DNA of 64,000 bases from an uncultured bacterium (GCA_964548195.1 CAZJQC010000003.1:17323-81322), one strand, 5' to 3'. Positions 49,659 through 60,309 are shown, counted from the stretch's first letter. The notes: generated by a model not told the origin, from the sequence alone. Translations and numbers: made by a program.

Positions 49659-50767
49659 GTGCCCCTCCTGACTATGTTCTTTTCCAGCCCTCTTGCGAGG
49701 CCCAGGAGTATCATATAGGTAAGATAGGATGTCCTGCCGTAACTTATCAGCGGCAGTGTCATGCCGGTCACCGGGAACATGCCCACGGTCACGCCCATAT
49801 TTATTATGGACTGGGCCGCAAGCAAATAACCCGTGAGGTATAAAAAATATTTTTCATAATCATATTTCGCTTTTTGTGCCATGATAAAGAGCTTCAACAC
49901 AAGTATTATGTAAAGCGATATCACCGCCAGGAGGAAAAGATAGCCCATCTCCTCGCCCATAACTGAGAATATAAAGTCCGTATGCGACTCGGGCAGCATT
50001 TTTTTGTATACGCCCGCTCCGTACCCCATGCCGAGATGCCCGCCCATGCGAAAAGATGCGATGGAATATTTCAGCTGATACGCCGGGGCGCCGCCCTTGA
50101 ACAGATAATCCAGCCAGTCATTGATGCGTATGCTCCTGAAACCGCCGCTTTTCAATATGAAAAAACCGCCCGAAGCGACAGCTGTGGAGGCCCATACCAG
50201 CGCGGACCTGTGATTGATCCCCGAAAGGAAATAGATCACGATGAAAAACGAACAAAACAGCACTGCAGTCGACAGGTCATTGCCGAGAAACACAAGCAGC
50301 ACTGTAAGAGCCGTCACCATGAAGGCTCTGCCCGTTTTGGACGCGCCGGTCAAGGGCCTCCTGACACCTCCACCTTCTTTGTGGAACGAAGCGGTCAGAT
50401 AGAGGATCAGCGTCAGCTTGGCCCACTCGGAAGGCTGGAAGCGGAATGCACCCAGTCCTATCCATCTGCGGGCCCCGTTTATGGTCAATCCCAGATCGGG
50501 AATGAACACCAGTATAAGCATAAGTATTGACATGACCTGTAGCAAACCGGCCATTTTCAACAGATGTTTCATGTCGATCATCGAAGAGACCTTGTAAAAC
50601 AGCAGTCCTGCCGCTGCGGCTACAAGGTGGCGTATGAAATAGAAAAGATGGTTGCCCGCGACGCGGGATGCGGGCACGGCGCTTGCAGACCACATGGTAA
50701 GCAGTGATACCGTGATAAAGATGGCGAGTATAAGCCTCATATCCGCGAATACCGTGTTTTTTCTCAT
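49655..50767 (-). CDS. ftsW: SEDS protein FtsW
   Basis: NGARRWI, QPSE, LPESHTDFIF, GEE, SYG. Confidence 0.93.
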   Translation of the reverse strand: MRKNTVFADMRLILAIFITVSLLTMWSASAVPASRVAGNHLFYFIRHLVAAAAGLLFYKVSSMIDMKHLLKMAGLLQVMSILMLILVFIPDLGLTINGARRWIGLGAFRFQPSEWAKLTLILYLTASFHKEGGGVRRPLTGASKTGRAFMVTALTVLLVFLGNDLSTAVLFCSFFIVIYFLSGINHRSALVWASTAVASGGFFILKSGGFRSIRINDWLDYLFKGGAPAYQLKYSIASFRMGGHLGMGYGAGVYKKMLPESHTDFIFSVMGEEMGYLFLLAVISLYIILVLKLFIMAQKAKYDYEKYFLYLTGYLLAAQSIINMGVTVGMFPVTGMTLPLISYGRTSYLTYMILLGLARGLEKNIVRRGT

Positions 50768-52128
50768 GATCCGCCTCCGGAGAGACGCATGACGGCCTCT
50801 TTGAAGACCCTGCCCCTGTGTTCAAAATTGTCAAACATATCGAAACTTGCGGCTGCGGGCGAAAGCAGTATCACGTCGTCGCGCCGGGCAAACCCGAAAG
50901 CGTCCGCCACGGCCGCATCCATGTCCGTAGAGATGATGTTCCTCACGCCAAGCGCGTCAAGCTGAGTCTTCAGACGTTCCGACGTCTCGCCGATGAGCAC
51001 CACGGCCCTGCAATTATCACTGATCAGCTCCATCAGCGGCGAAAAGTCGTTCTTTTTGGCGTCATCGCCGCCCAGTATCAGCACGATGCTCTTTCCGGGG
51101 AAAGAGGCCAAAGCCTGTCTGGTGGAATCGACATTCGTCCCTTTTGAATCATTGTATGCGGATATTCCCCGGTATTCCGTGACATATTCAAGCCTGTGCT
51201 CTATGCCGGTGAAGGCCGCCAACGTCTGCAGCAGCGCATCGCGGGAGGCCACATGCCGGTCTACCGCGCACAAGGCCGCCAGGACATTTTCAAGATTATG
51301 CCCGCCGACCAGCCCCAGGCTGCGCACATCAAATATCCTTTCGGCGTTTCCGTTCTCCGCCCGGAAAATACCGATACCGTCAGAATAATACCCGTTTGAC
51401 ACGGTCGTCCTGCGGCTGAATTCCGCTATACTGCAATCGATTGCGGAGGCCCTTTCCATCAGTACGGCATCGTCGCGGTTCAGTACCGCCACATCGCCCC
51501 CGCTCATATTTTTAAAAATATTCATCTTCGCATCCGCATATCTCTCAAAAGAACCGCCGTATCTGTTGAGATGATCGGGGGTAAGGTTTGTCACCACGGC
51601 GCAGACGGGATGAAAATCGCGGATCTTTTCAAGCTGATATGAAGACAGCTCGCACACATGGATATCACGCGGGATATCGGCCTCGTCAGAGAGCCCCCTG
51701 CCTATATTGCCCGCGAGAGCCGAATCCAGCCCCTGCCCGGCAAGTATGCGGTGTATAAGGCTCACAGTGGTCGATTTGCCGTTTGTGCCGGTCACGCCTA
51801 TGATATGAGGTGCTTTCATGCAGCTGTATGCGAACTCGATCTCAGAGACAACATCCATGCGGGACTCCACGCTCCTGATAAAACGGCTTTCCGGGTCTAT
51901 CCCGGGCGATATGACGGCCAGAGAACATCTGTCAAAAAACCTTTCGCTGTTCCCCACTTCATACTCTATTTTTTCGCTTTCGAGACGCAGGAACCTTGCC
52001 TCATTCCTGGCATTGCGCTCCATCTCCGTGACAAACACGTCACGGCCGCTGCGTTTTGCAAGCAGCGCTGCGCTGAGTCCGCTTATGCCCAGCCCTATGA
52101 TCAGCAATCCGTCCCTATTCATACGCAT
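50764..52128 (-). CDS. murD: MurD D-glutamate ligase
   Basis: GTNGKST, ELSSYQL, DHL, NDSKGTN, SPAAASFD. Confidence 0.95.
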   Translation of the reverse strand: MRMNRDGLLIIGLGISGLSAALLAKRSGRDVFVTEMERNARNEARFLRLESEKIEYEVGNSERFFDRCSLAVISPGIDPESRFIRSVESRMDVVSEIEFAYSCMKAPHIIGVTGTNGKSTTVSLIHRILAGQGLDSALAGNIGRGLSDEADIPRDIHVCELSSYQLEKIRDFHPVCAVVTNLTPDHLNRYGGSFERYADAKMNIFKNMSGGDVAVLNRDDAVLMERASAIDCSIAEFSRRTTVSNGYYSDGIGIFRAENGNAERIFDVRSLGLVGGHNLENVLAALCAVDRHVASRDALLQTLAAFTGIEHRLEYVTEYRGISAYNDSKGTNVDSTRQALASFPGKSIVLILGGDDAKKNDFSPLMELISDNCRAVVLIGETSERLKTQLDALGVRNIISTDMDAAVADAFGFARRDDVILLSPAAASFDMFDNFEHRGRVFKEAVMRLSGGGS

Positions 52129-52135
52129 TACTACC

Positions 52136-53221
52136 TCACTGCAGTTTCAGCGTGCTCAGCCCGAGCAACGCCAGCATTATGCCCAGTATCCAGAACCGGA
52201 TGGTGACTTTTGTCTCCGCCCATCCCTTAAGCTCAAAATGATGATGTATGGGCGCTCTTTTGAAGAGTCTCTTGCCCTTGGTCCATTTAAAATATACGAT
52301 CTGAAGCAGCACGGAAACCGCTTCCATCACGAAGACGCCCCCGATGATCACAAGCAGTATCTCCCTCTTGAGCAGAATCGCTATGATCGCGAGCGCTCCG
52401 CCCAGGGAAAGAGAGCCCACATCGCCCATAAAAACCGATGCCGGATGGCTGTTGAACCACAAAAATCCCAATCCCGCTCCCAGTATGGCCATCGCAAACA
52501 CGGTAAGCTCTCCGGTGCCCGGCATATAGGGTATGTTCAGATAAGCCGCGAACTCCGCATGGCCGGTCACATAAGCTATCGCCCCGTAAGCGGCTATGGC
52601 CAGACTGACGTTTCCTATGGCAAGGCCGTCAAGTCCGTCCGTAAGGTTGACGGCATTTGACGCTCCCATGATCACGAGCATCACAAACGGTATATAAAAG
52701 ATGCCCAGGTCTATGAACATATCTTTCATGAACGGTATGGTTATAAAACCTTTCAGCGCCTCGTTGCCGGGAAACATATAGAGATATGTCCCCACCAGAA
52801 GGCCGAGTGAACCCTGGGCGATCAACTTGTAACGGGCGATCACCCCGTCCGAATTTTGTTTTCTGACTTTAAGATAATCGTCCGCGAAACCCAGTATGCC
52901 GAGCCAGACGACGGTAACCAGCGATATGATGACATAGGTGTTCCTGATGTCCGCCCACAGCAATGTCGAGACGATTATGGCGAGGAGTATGAGCAGCCCG
53001 CCCATGCTGGGGGTCCCGGTCTTTTTAAGATGGGTCTCCGGCACGTACTCGCGGATCTGCGACACATTGATCCTGCGCAAAAACCTGATCACCGCCGGAC
53101 CGAAAATAAAACTTATGACGAGCGCGGTGATCATGGCATAGATCGACCTGAATGTTATGTATCTGAAAACATTGAACCCTGCAAAATGCCTGATCAGAGG
53201 CGCGAAAATATAATACAGCAT
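52136..53221 (-). CDS. mraY: Phospho-MurNAc-pentapeptide transferase
   Basis: KKTGTPSMGG, NAVNLTDGLDGL, FMGD, APIHHHFE. Confidence 0.97.
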   Translation of the reverse strand: MLYYIFAPLIRHFAGFNVFRYITFRSIYAMITALVISFIFGPAVIRFLRRINVSQIREYVPETHLKKTGTPSMGGLLILLAIIVSTLLWADIRNTYVIISLVTVVWLGILGFADDYLKVRKQNSDGVIARYKLIAQGSLGLLVGTYLYMFPGNEALKGFITIPFMKDMFIDLGIFYIPFVMLVIMGASNAVNLTDGLDGLAIGNVSLAIAAYGAIAYVTGHAEFAAYLNIPYMPGTGELTVFAMAILGAGLGFLWFNSHPASVFMGDVGSLSLGGALAIIAILLKREILLVIIGGVFVMEAVSVLLQIVYFKWTKGKRLFKRAPIHHHFELKGWAETKVTIRFWILGIMLALLGLSTLKLQ

Positions 53222-54570
53222 TACAGACTCTCCCTTATCATGCCCATGAACTCCTCCATATGCATGCCCCTGGAACCTTTGAACAATATGACGTCGTAAT
53301 CGGCCGACAATTCCATGACACGCCCCGCAAACACCTTTCTGTCCGTGTAATATTCATGCGTACTGCAAGCAGCGCGAGCAGCGGAAAAACCCTCTCCCAG
53401 AAACAATGCCTTGGCCCCGGCCATCCCCCCCGCCAGCTCAGCCGCCGCGCGGTGATGCTTCCCGGACTCAGCGCCCAGTTCAAGCATATCCCCCAGACAA
53501 AGCAGTATCTTTTTGCCGCGGTATTTATTTGACAGTTCGCGCAACACGCAAATCAGGGCGCCCGGAGAAGAATTGTATGTGTCGTTTATTATGATCCTGC
53601 CTCCCGTGTCGATCAATTCGGACCTGCCTGTGGAGAGTGGTATCGTCGAAAGCCCCGCGTCTATCTCATCGGGACTTAGCCCCATCCTGCTTCCTATGAT
53701 GACCGCAGGCGCGGCGTTATAGAGGTTATATCCGCCCCATATGGCGGCGCCGTATCTTTCGCCTTTGTGGCTAAAGGCTATACCGCCGGTATGATCAGAC
53801 TCTTCGGGCGTGAACACATCGTCGTTTTCCTTTCCGGCTCCGAATGTCACTACATTGCTGAATCTTCCCTTTGCAGTCACAAGCAGCCTGTCGTCGCCGT
53901 TGACCAGTTTCAGCGCGCCTTCCGCCATTTTTCTGAACAACCCAAGTTTTCCGTGCAGTACGTTTTCGACGGAACCAAGGAATTCCAGATGCACGGCCCC
54001 TATGTTTGTGATCACTCCGATATCGGGCATCACGCATTCCGCCAGTATATCTATGTCCCCTTCGCGGTCCATGCCCATCTCGACGATCAACACATCCTTA
54101 TCCATATTGTTTAAGACAGTGTGCGGCACCCCCCACTCCGAGTTCATGTTCCCCTCTGTCCTGCCCGTCAGGTAGCTGCCCCTGAGCACGGAAAATATCA
54201 TATCCTTTGTGGTCGTCTTACCAAAGGAACCCGTCACGGCAATGACCCGCTGTCTGATGTTTGAGGATCTTACCTTATGCGTGAGTTCCAGCAAAGTCCT
54301 TGCGGTGTCATCCGTTATGAGTACGGGGACCCTTTCCACATCTGTTCCCGGGGGAAGCCTTTCGGCTATCACAAAAGAAGCGCCGTTGTTTATGGCTTCG
54401 GATATGTGAAGGTTTCCGTCGTCTTTCTCCCCCTTGCGCGCGAGAAAAAGGCCGCCGGCCATGATCGTCCTTGAATCCTGCGAATAAGAGCTGAACACCG
54501 GGTATTCCTTCCAGTTGCCCTCCCGCCGCAGCGCATATATGTTTTTCATATCCGTCAGTTTAAAGTTCAT
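53221..54570 (-). CDS. murF: MurF D-Ala-D-Ala adding ligase
   Basis: TGSFGKTTTK, EMGM, NDTYNSSP, GDMLELG, KGSRG. Confidence 0.93.
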   Translation of the reverse strand: MNFKLTDMKNIYALRREGNWKEYPVFSSYSQDSRTIMAGGLFLARKGEKDDGNLHISEAINNGASFVIAERLPPGTDVERVPVLITDDTARTLLELTHKVRSSNIRQRVIAVTGSFGKTTTKDMIFSVLRGSYLTGRTEGNMNSEWGVPHTVLNNMDKDVLIVEMGMDREGDIDILAECVMPDIGVITNIGAVHLEFLGSVENVLHGKLGLFRKMAEGALKLVNGDDRLLVTAKGRFSNVVTFGAGKENDDVFTPEESDHTGGIAFSHKGERYGAAIWGGYNLYNAAPAVIIGSRMGLSPDEIDAGLSTIPLSTGRSELIDTGGRIIINDTYNSSPGALICVLRELSNKYRGKKILLCLGDMLELGAESGKHHRAAAELAGGMAGAKALFLGEGFSAARAACSTHEYYTDRKVFAGRVMELSADYDVILFKGSRGMHMEEFMGMIRESL

Positions 54571-56237
54571 ATTCCCTCGTATCTGGCTATGTTTTCGGCG
54601 ATCTTTTTAAAGATCGGCACCACGAATGTGGAGGCGTAGCCCCCGCCTCTGGGCTCATCCACCAAGATACCTATGACGTATCGCGGCGAATCTTCCGGAA
54701 AGAACCCCACAAAAGTCCCCGTAACGCGTCCGTAGTCGTAGCTGCCCGCGGACGGGTCGTATTTTACCGCGGTACCGGTCTTTCCGGCTATGCCGAGGCC
54801 GGCCACGCTGGCGCGGGATGCAGAGCCGTCCTCCACCACGCCGCGGAGTATCTCAGCGGTCTTACGGGCCGTTTTCTTGGATATGACCCTGCGTATTGTT
54901 ATCGGCTTTACTCGGTATCCCTGTCCATCCGCATACCTGACCCTGCTTATGATATGGGCCTCCGGCAGCACACCTTCATTGGCTATGACGGCATAGGCCG
55001 TCGTAAGCCTTAAAAGATTGGTGGCCACTCCGTATCCGATGGCTATGTTGCCCAGGTCCGAAGGGGCCCATTTTTCCACCTCATTGATCTTGCCGCTCGA
55101 CTCGTTCGGAAGTTCTATGGATTTTTTCTCCGTAAAACCGAACTGTTTCGCATAATAAAACATCTTTTCCCTGCCCAGATGGTCGGCTATCTTGATAACG
55201 CCGACATTGCTTGAGCGCTTGTAGACGGAGGCGACATCCAGCACGCCGTTTCTGAGTGTGTCGCGGAACAGCTCGCCCTTGTACCTGAACTCGCCGTTTT
55301 CACAGTCGATCTTTGTATCCTTGTCCAGCAGCCCCTCTTCAAGGGCTCCCGCAAGAGCGACGATCTTGAAACTGGACCCCGGCTCGAACGAATGGGCCAC
55401 GGCCCTGTTTATCATCACGTCACTGTCTTTGTATGAATAGAACCTGTTGGGGTTGAAATCGGGGTAATTCGCCATCGCCAGCACCTCTCCCGTCTTCGGG
55501 TCCATCACTATGCCCGAGACAAAATGAGGGTCGTATTTTTCAAAACCCCATTCCAGCACCTTTTCAAGAAAATACTGTATATCGGTGTCGATTGTAAGAT
55601 ATATGTCCGCCCCGTCGGAAGGCAGCTGATTAAGGCTTGAGGCCTTGACACCCTTCATGACGTCGTCAAAGGAATATTCTATGCCAGTGGCCTGCCCCGC
55701 GTAATTGACATAGCCGAGCACATGAGACGCGGTGTTGTTGAGCGGATATATCCTTTTTGCGTCATCCCGGTCCATGTAAAGCCCCTTTGGGGAGACACTT
55801 GACGGAAGGCTGTCGATGACATCCGAATCCACCCGCCTTGCGACCGTTATATATTTTGAGTTTGTCTTGAGCTCAGCTTCAATGAGAGACCTGTCCATGC
55901 CAAAACCGGAATGGACAAAATCTATGATCTGCTTTTTTTCATCGTCGTCCACTTTTGAACCGTCGGCATAGACCCGGTAGTTGTATACCGTGGTCGCCAT
56001 CAGTTTTCCGTTCCTTGAATATATATTGCCCCTGAGCGGCTGAAATATCCTCTCGGTGGCCAGCTTGTTCTTTTCTACATTCTGATATCTTTTCACGGTC
56101 TTGCTGAGGGCGTCCTCGTCATTGACCACCTGGAAATGGAGCAGCCTCACGGCAAGGATAAAATAACCCGCCAGGAGAAACGAGAGCAATATCTTTCCGT
56201 AAGCGTCGATCTTTTTACTATTTCCCGACATACTCAC
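54567..56237 (-). CDS. ftsI: Class B PBP FtsI
   Basis: RGNIY, EPGSSFK, SSN, KTGT. Confidence 0.92.
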   Translation of the reverse strand: MSMSGNSKKIDAYGKILLSFLLAGYFILAVRLLHFQVVNDEDALSKTVKRYQNVEKNKLATERIFQPLRGNIYSRNGKLMATTVYNYRVYADGSKVDDDEKKQIIDFVHSGFGMDRSLIEAELKTNSKYITVARRVDSDVIDSLPSSVSPKGLYMDRDDAKRIYPLNNTASHVLGYVNYAGQATGIEYSFDDVMKGVKASSLNQLPSDGADIYLTIDTDIQYFLEKVLEWGFEKYDPHFVSGIVMDPKTGEVLAMANYPDFNPNRFYSYKDSDVMINRAVAHSFEPGSSFKIVALAGALEEGLLDKDTKIDCENGEFRYKGELFRDTLRNGVLDVASVYKRSSNVGVIKIADHLGREKMFYYAKQFGFTEKKSIELPNESSGKINEVEKWAPSDLGNIAIGYGVATNLLRLTTAYAVIANEGVLPEAHIISRVRYADGQGYRVKPITIRRVISKKTARKTAEILRGVVEDGSASRASVAGLGIAGKTGTAVKYDPSAGSYDYGRVTGTFVGFFPEDSPRYVIGILVDEPRGGGYASTFVVPIFKKIAENIARYEGI

Positions 56238-56491
56238 TCAGCCTCCGCGGCGGACCATTTTTCGGTAAACCCGTTCTTAACGGCCCACTTTTGAACAGCC
56301 TTGACATCCGTAAGCCTTTCGATCTCTATCTTCAGCTCCCTGTTCCGAAGCTTCAGCATGATAAGCTCGTCCCGTAAAGCGTAGGTCTCTGTCCTTACGC
56401 GCTCTTTCTCCATATAGACCAGGGCCTCCACAAAAAACACTATCACCAGGACTATGACGGAAACAGGCAATATCCTTTTAAAGCCCCTCAT
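56234..56491 (-). CDS. ftsL: FtsL-like cell division protein
   Basis: 85 aa, TM plus leucine-zipper coil; ATGA overlaps with rsmH and ftsI. Confidence 0.75.
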   Translation of the reverse strand: MRGFKRILPVSVIVLVIVFFVEALVYMEKERVRTETYALRDELIMLKLRNRELKIEIERLTDVKAVQKWAVKNGFTEKWSAAEAE

Positions 56492-57408
56492 ATACGCTCC
56501 GCAACGCGCAATTTCGCGCTTCTGCTCCTGGGGTTGCGGGCCACTTCCGATTCCGAAGCGGTGATCACTTTGCGTGTTATCTTTTTCAATGAAGCCTTGT
56601 GGCCGCAGACACATATCGGAAACTCAGGAGGGCACAGGCAGTCCCTGGCCTCCGTGGCTATAAAATCCTTTACTATCCTGTCTTCAAGGGAATGATATGA
56701 TATTACGGCAAGCCTGCCGCCCGGGGCAAGCCTCGCGGACGCCAGACGAAGCCCGCGCTCCAAAGCGCCCATCTCGTCGTTCACCCATATCCTCAACGCC
56801 TGAAACGTCCTGGTCGCGGGATCCGTCTTCATCTTCCTTTTTTCCGAAGCCGGAAAACATGACCTGACCAGGTCAGCCAGCATGACCGTGCCGGATACGG
56901 GCCTTGAAGCCGCGATCTTTCTGGCTATGGACCTGGACCTCCGCTCTTCCCCGTATTTATATATAAGATCGGCCAGCGACCTTTCGTCGAATCCGTTTAC
57001 CGCATCCGATGCGGTGCGCATCTGATGCGCATCCATGCGCATGTCAAGCGGGGCGTCGGATCTGAATGAAAAGCCGCGCTCGCCCATGTCAAGCTGATGA
57101 GAAGAGACGCCAAGATCCATCAGTATGCCGTCAAAAGAGACCGCGGGCATATCCGCCCAGGTGCGTTCGTCTCCGAAATCGCCCTTCACAGCGATGAAGT
57201 TTTTCACATCTCCCAACACAGCCGCCACATGGGCCAGCGCATCCGCGTCGCGGTCCACGCCCACGAGCATACCCGCGCCGCTGATCATGTTAAGGATTTT
57301 TCCGGAATGGCCGCCGCCGCCAAGCGTAAGATCAAGATATTTTCCGTCCTCTTTTACAGCAAGCCCTTCCAATACTTCATCAAGAAGCACCGGCTCATGA
57401 TATTCCAT
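56488..57408 (-). CDS. rsmH: 16S rRNA m4C1402 methyltransferase
   Basis: HEPVLL, GGGGHS, DLGVSSHQ, FQALRI, HSLEDR, NPRSRSAKLR. Confidence 0.96.
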   Translation of the reverse strand: MEYHEPVLLDEVLEGLAVKEDGKYLDLTLGGGGHSGKILNMISGAGMLVGVDRDADALAHVAAVLGDVKNFIAVKGDFGDERTWADMPAVSFDGILMDLGVSSHQLDMGERGFSFRSDAPLDMRMDAHQMRTASDAVNGFDERSLADLIYKYGEERRSRSIARKIAASRPVSGTVMLADLVRSCFPASEKRKMKTDPATRTFQALRIWVNDEMGALERGLRLASARLAPGGRLAVISYHSLEDRIVKDFIATEARDCLCPPEFPICVCGHKASLKKITRKVITASESEVARNPRSRSAKLRVAERI

Positions 57409-57409
57409 A

Positions 57410-57853
57410 TCATTCTCTTTCCTGTCGGGCCATATAGTCAAGGAAATCCGCAGAGACTTCCTCGCTACTCTCAACCTCCTTTTCGAAGTTTTCAGGCGCC
57501 CACAATTCGACATAATCCCCCACGCCTATGATCTCGACATCCCTTTCAATAAGGGAAAAATCGAGCAATGACTTGGGGATAAGTATCCTGCCCTGGCTGT
57601 CCATCCTGACTTCCGAGGCCGACGCGTATTTCATCCTGATATACTGTCTGTACTTGTAATCGCGCAATGCCTTCTTTTGAAGCGGTTCGATGTAGTCGTT
57701 CCATGTCTTGAGCGGATAGAGAGTGATATGTCCAGTCCCGCCGTCGCCCTTTGCAAGGACCACGGTGTCTTCGACGATCTTCTGCCTGAATGAGGACGGC
57801 AGCTTTAAACGTTGCTTTTCGTCAACGGAATGCCTATAATTTCCGATGAACAT
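57410..57853 (-). CDS. mraZ: Transcriptional regulator MraZ
   Basis: MFIG, DEKQR, DSQGRI, ELW. Confidence 0.93.
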   Translation of the reverse strand: MFIGNYRHSVDEKQRLKLPSSFRQKIVEDTVVLAKGDGGTGHITLYPLKTWNDYIEPLQKKALRDYKYRQYIRMKYASASEVRMDSQGRILIPKSLLDFSLIERDVEIIGVGDYVELWAPENFEKEVESSEEVSADFLDYMARQERE

Positions 57854-57858
57854 AAACC

Positions 57859-57919
57859 CTCCATTTCTTCCCACTTCGCTCCACATCTATATATTAACAC
57901 CCCACATAGATAATGTCAA
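57859..57919 (-). promoter_or_regulatory. dcw promoter with MraZ-box repeats
   Basis: TTGACA-17-TAATAT; GTGGAG/GTGGGA/ATGGAG at 10-nt period plus GTGGGG in the spacer. Confidence 0.8.
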
Positions 57920-58162
57920 GGCACACAACTTCATTTTTTTGTGAAAACAATGCATTTTTAAAAGAAAAAAGAGGTTTTATGGGAACAGTTTTGCGGATTT
58001 GATTGTTATGACTTTATTAACATTAGTCAAAGGGCCGGCTGCGGACGTTTATTGGATTGCGGGCCTGAAAGCATACAAGTTTTACAGGATTTGCCGCGGG
58101 ACCTCTGCGGCGGTCTTTCCGGCGGGGATGAACACCGACCTCCTCGGTTTCCCCCGGACAGG

Positions 58163-58196
58163 CGCCGGCGGCGCGATCTCTTTTGCGCCGCCGGCG
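58163..58196. terminator. 12-bp GC hairpin after lipoprotein gene (no U tract)
   Basis: CGCCGGCGGCGC-10 nt-GCGCCGCCGGCG. Confidence 0.5.
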
Positions 58197-58209
58197 TTAC
58201 TATCTCGAT

Positions 58210-59241
58210 TTATCTGATGACCATAAGCCATGTCGTGCTTCCGGGCTCCGCCTTTCCGAGCATCCTGCCGATGTCGTTCTTTTCATCAAGCACAAGCATG
58301 GCTATGCGCCCCCGGCTGACGCCCAGGACGCTTATGACACCTTCCACCGAATCCACGTCGCTTTTCAGGTTATACAGATGCCTGCCGCTTTTTCTCTCCA
58401 GCACGGAGACGATTAGATCGCTTTTCATGCTGCCGGTCCGGCGCGCCTTATCAAAATCAAAGGGCGCGGGTACGTATATGCTGTTTTCGTCCACGCCCAG
58501 CCCTATGGCTATGTGCTTGCCGGATATGTCAAAATACCTTTTGGTCTCCTTCAGCTCCATGTCAAGCGCGGAAAGGGAATAGGAGTCGTTAGTCTCCGAA
58601 AGAAAGATCTCGCCGCCGTCGTAAAGAGGCAGGGCTGTTCTCATGCCCGACTCCTCCATCTCTTCGAGGCCCTTGAGCACGTTGTCATATTCGATGTTAC
58701 GGGTGACTTCGATGGAATAGTCGTCCCTGATACTGGCCAGTCCCACACGCGTCCTAAGCATGCCGCTGTAGACTATACCGTCCGGAGTCTGGCTGTGGAA
58801 GAAGGGGATGCCTTTTGCGGGGTCCATGATGCATTCCTCCAGGTATTTGCCGTCATGTCCGTATATCAGGAATTTCAGGGTGTCCGACTCAAAGATGATG
58901 ATCTTCTCGTCCCCCACGGAAACGCGCATGGCGTGCATCATCTCGCCGGGGCCCTTGCCCTTCGGTACGGATATGGATCTTTGAAGACTCATATCCTCCA
59001 TCGAAAGGAAGTTCAGCCTCATCTCCTTGCCGTTGTCACTCAGATAATAAACGCTGTCCCTGTACACACCGGAATTGAGCATCGGGTTCTGTCCCGTGAT
59101 ATCGTCAAGCTGTACGGCCTGGAGTATCTCCATCTTGCGCGCGCCGTCCTCGGGATGGTCAAGGTCGCCCAGCACGCCCTTTGAACAGGCGGAAAGCAGC
59201 ATTGCAAGACCCAGCGCGCATAATAACGTCCTTTTTCTCAT
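58210..59241 (-). CDS. Lipoprotein, probable 6-bladed beta-propeller
   Basis: Lipobox LSAC; GKGPGE motif; IYGHDGKYL repeat-like strands. Confidence 0.7.
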   Translation of the reverse strand: MRKRTLLCALGLAMLLSACSKGVLGDLDHPEDGARKMEILQAVQLDDITGQNPMLNSGVYRDSVYYLSDNGKEMRLNFLSMEDMSLQRSISVPKGKGPGEMMHAMRVSVGDEKIIIFESDTLKFLIYGHDGKYLEECIMDPAKGIPFFHSQTPDGIVYSGMLRTRVGLASIRDDYSIEVTRNIEYDNVLKGLEEMEESGMRTALPLYDGGEIFLSETNDSYSLSALDMELKETKRYFDISGKHIAIGLGVDENSIYVPAPFDFDKARRTGSMKSDLIVSVLERKSGRHLYNLKSDVDSVEGVISVLGVSRGRIAMLVLDEKNDIGRMLGKAEPGSTTWLMVIR

Positions 59242-59243
59242 GA

Positions 59244-59597
59244 TCACCATTCTCCTTCTATCAGTTCTATCAGCTTTTCCTTTTTCATACCCAGCATCTT
59301 GGCTTTGGATACGATGATAGGCACTTCTTTCGCCGTAAAAGACTTCACGCCCTCTATCCTCAGCTTTTCTTTTGCTCCGCGGGCGAGATTGTTCCCGATC
59401 CCCCTGTCTATGACAAGTATTTCCTGAGCCTGAAGTTCCGTGACAGTGCGCATCACGGTATTGGGGTTTACCCCGAGTTCTTTGGCCATCGAGCGCACGC
59501 TGGGTATCAGTTCGTCTTCCGCCCACACACCGGAGATAATACGCTGTATCATGATCTCCTTTATCTGCTGATATATGGGTGTGTTTTCCCTGAACAT
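59244..59597 (-). CDS. GntR family regulator, YtrA subfamily
   Basis: PIYQQI, PSVRSMA..LGVNPNTV, RGIG; short C-terminus. Confidence 0.92.
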   Translation of the reverse strand: MFRENTPIYQQIKEIMIQRIISGVWAEDELIPSVRSMAKELGVNPNTVMRTVTELQAQEILVIDRGIGNNLARGAKEKLRIEGVKSFTAKEVPIIVSKAKMLGMKKEKLIELIEGEW

Positions 59598-59598
59598 A

Positions 59599-60309
59599 TC
59601 AACCCTCCTTATACATGTTGAATCTCAACGCCACCACCGAGAGCGCGGCAAACACGGCAGCTATTGTAAAAAAATGCCATGTCACGCAGCCCAGGGTCGC
59701 CGCCTGTATTCCCGTAACAAAAGAAAACAACGCCCGGTAAGCAGAACCGATAAGGACTATTGCGGTAGCGATGCCCATGAATAGCACAAAATTATAGAAG
59801 CCTTTTCCTTCCATAAGCTTGTAAAAGATCATCACTGCCAGATATGCGAATATACCGAAAAGTATTGCCCAGATAAAACTAAGGTCGACCTCGCCCGGAT
59901 CCATATCTGAATGGCCAAACCTTATCAGAGCGTACGAGAACGCAAACGCCAGGTAGATCAATATGTTCCATACACACCATATCAGGCCCAGTAAAAAGGT
60001 CCCTGTCAGTTTTGAAGACATGGGCAGAGGCATGGATGTAAAGACCCGCCTGTCACCTATGGCCGAACGCAGATGGTATACCGTGAGTATCAGTATGTTG
60101 ACCGTGAACACGGTCCCGAGGGCGATGAACGTAAATATGTCCTTGCCTGTGAAATCAATATCGGAAGTCTCAATATGGATGAACAGGGATGATGCCGCCG
60201 AAAGCAGTATCAACAGCGGGTATATGATCACGCCGCTTACAATGATAGCCTTATAATGCTGGGCGATGTATGTCTTCATAAATCTCCAGGTATCTGACAC
60301 ATATCTCAT
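59599..60309 (-). CDS. ABC-2 type permease-like membrane protein
   Basis: About 6 TM segments, TSMPLP..SKL; coupled to the ATPase. Confidence 0.7.
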   Translation of the reverse strand: MRYVSDTWRFMKTYIAQHYKAIIVSGVIIYPLLILLSAASSLFIHIETSDIDFTGKDIFTFIALGTVFTVNILILTVYHLRSAIGDRRVFTSMPLPMSSKLTGTFLLGLIWCVWNILIYLAFAFSYALIRFGHSDMDPGEVDLSFIWAILFGIFAYLAVMIFYKLMEGKGFYNFVLFMGIATAIVLIGSAYRALFSFVTGIQAATLGCVTWHFFTIAAVFAALSVVALRFNMYKEG

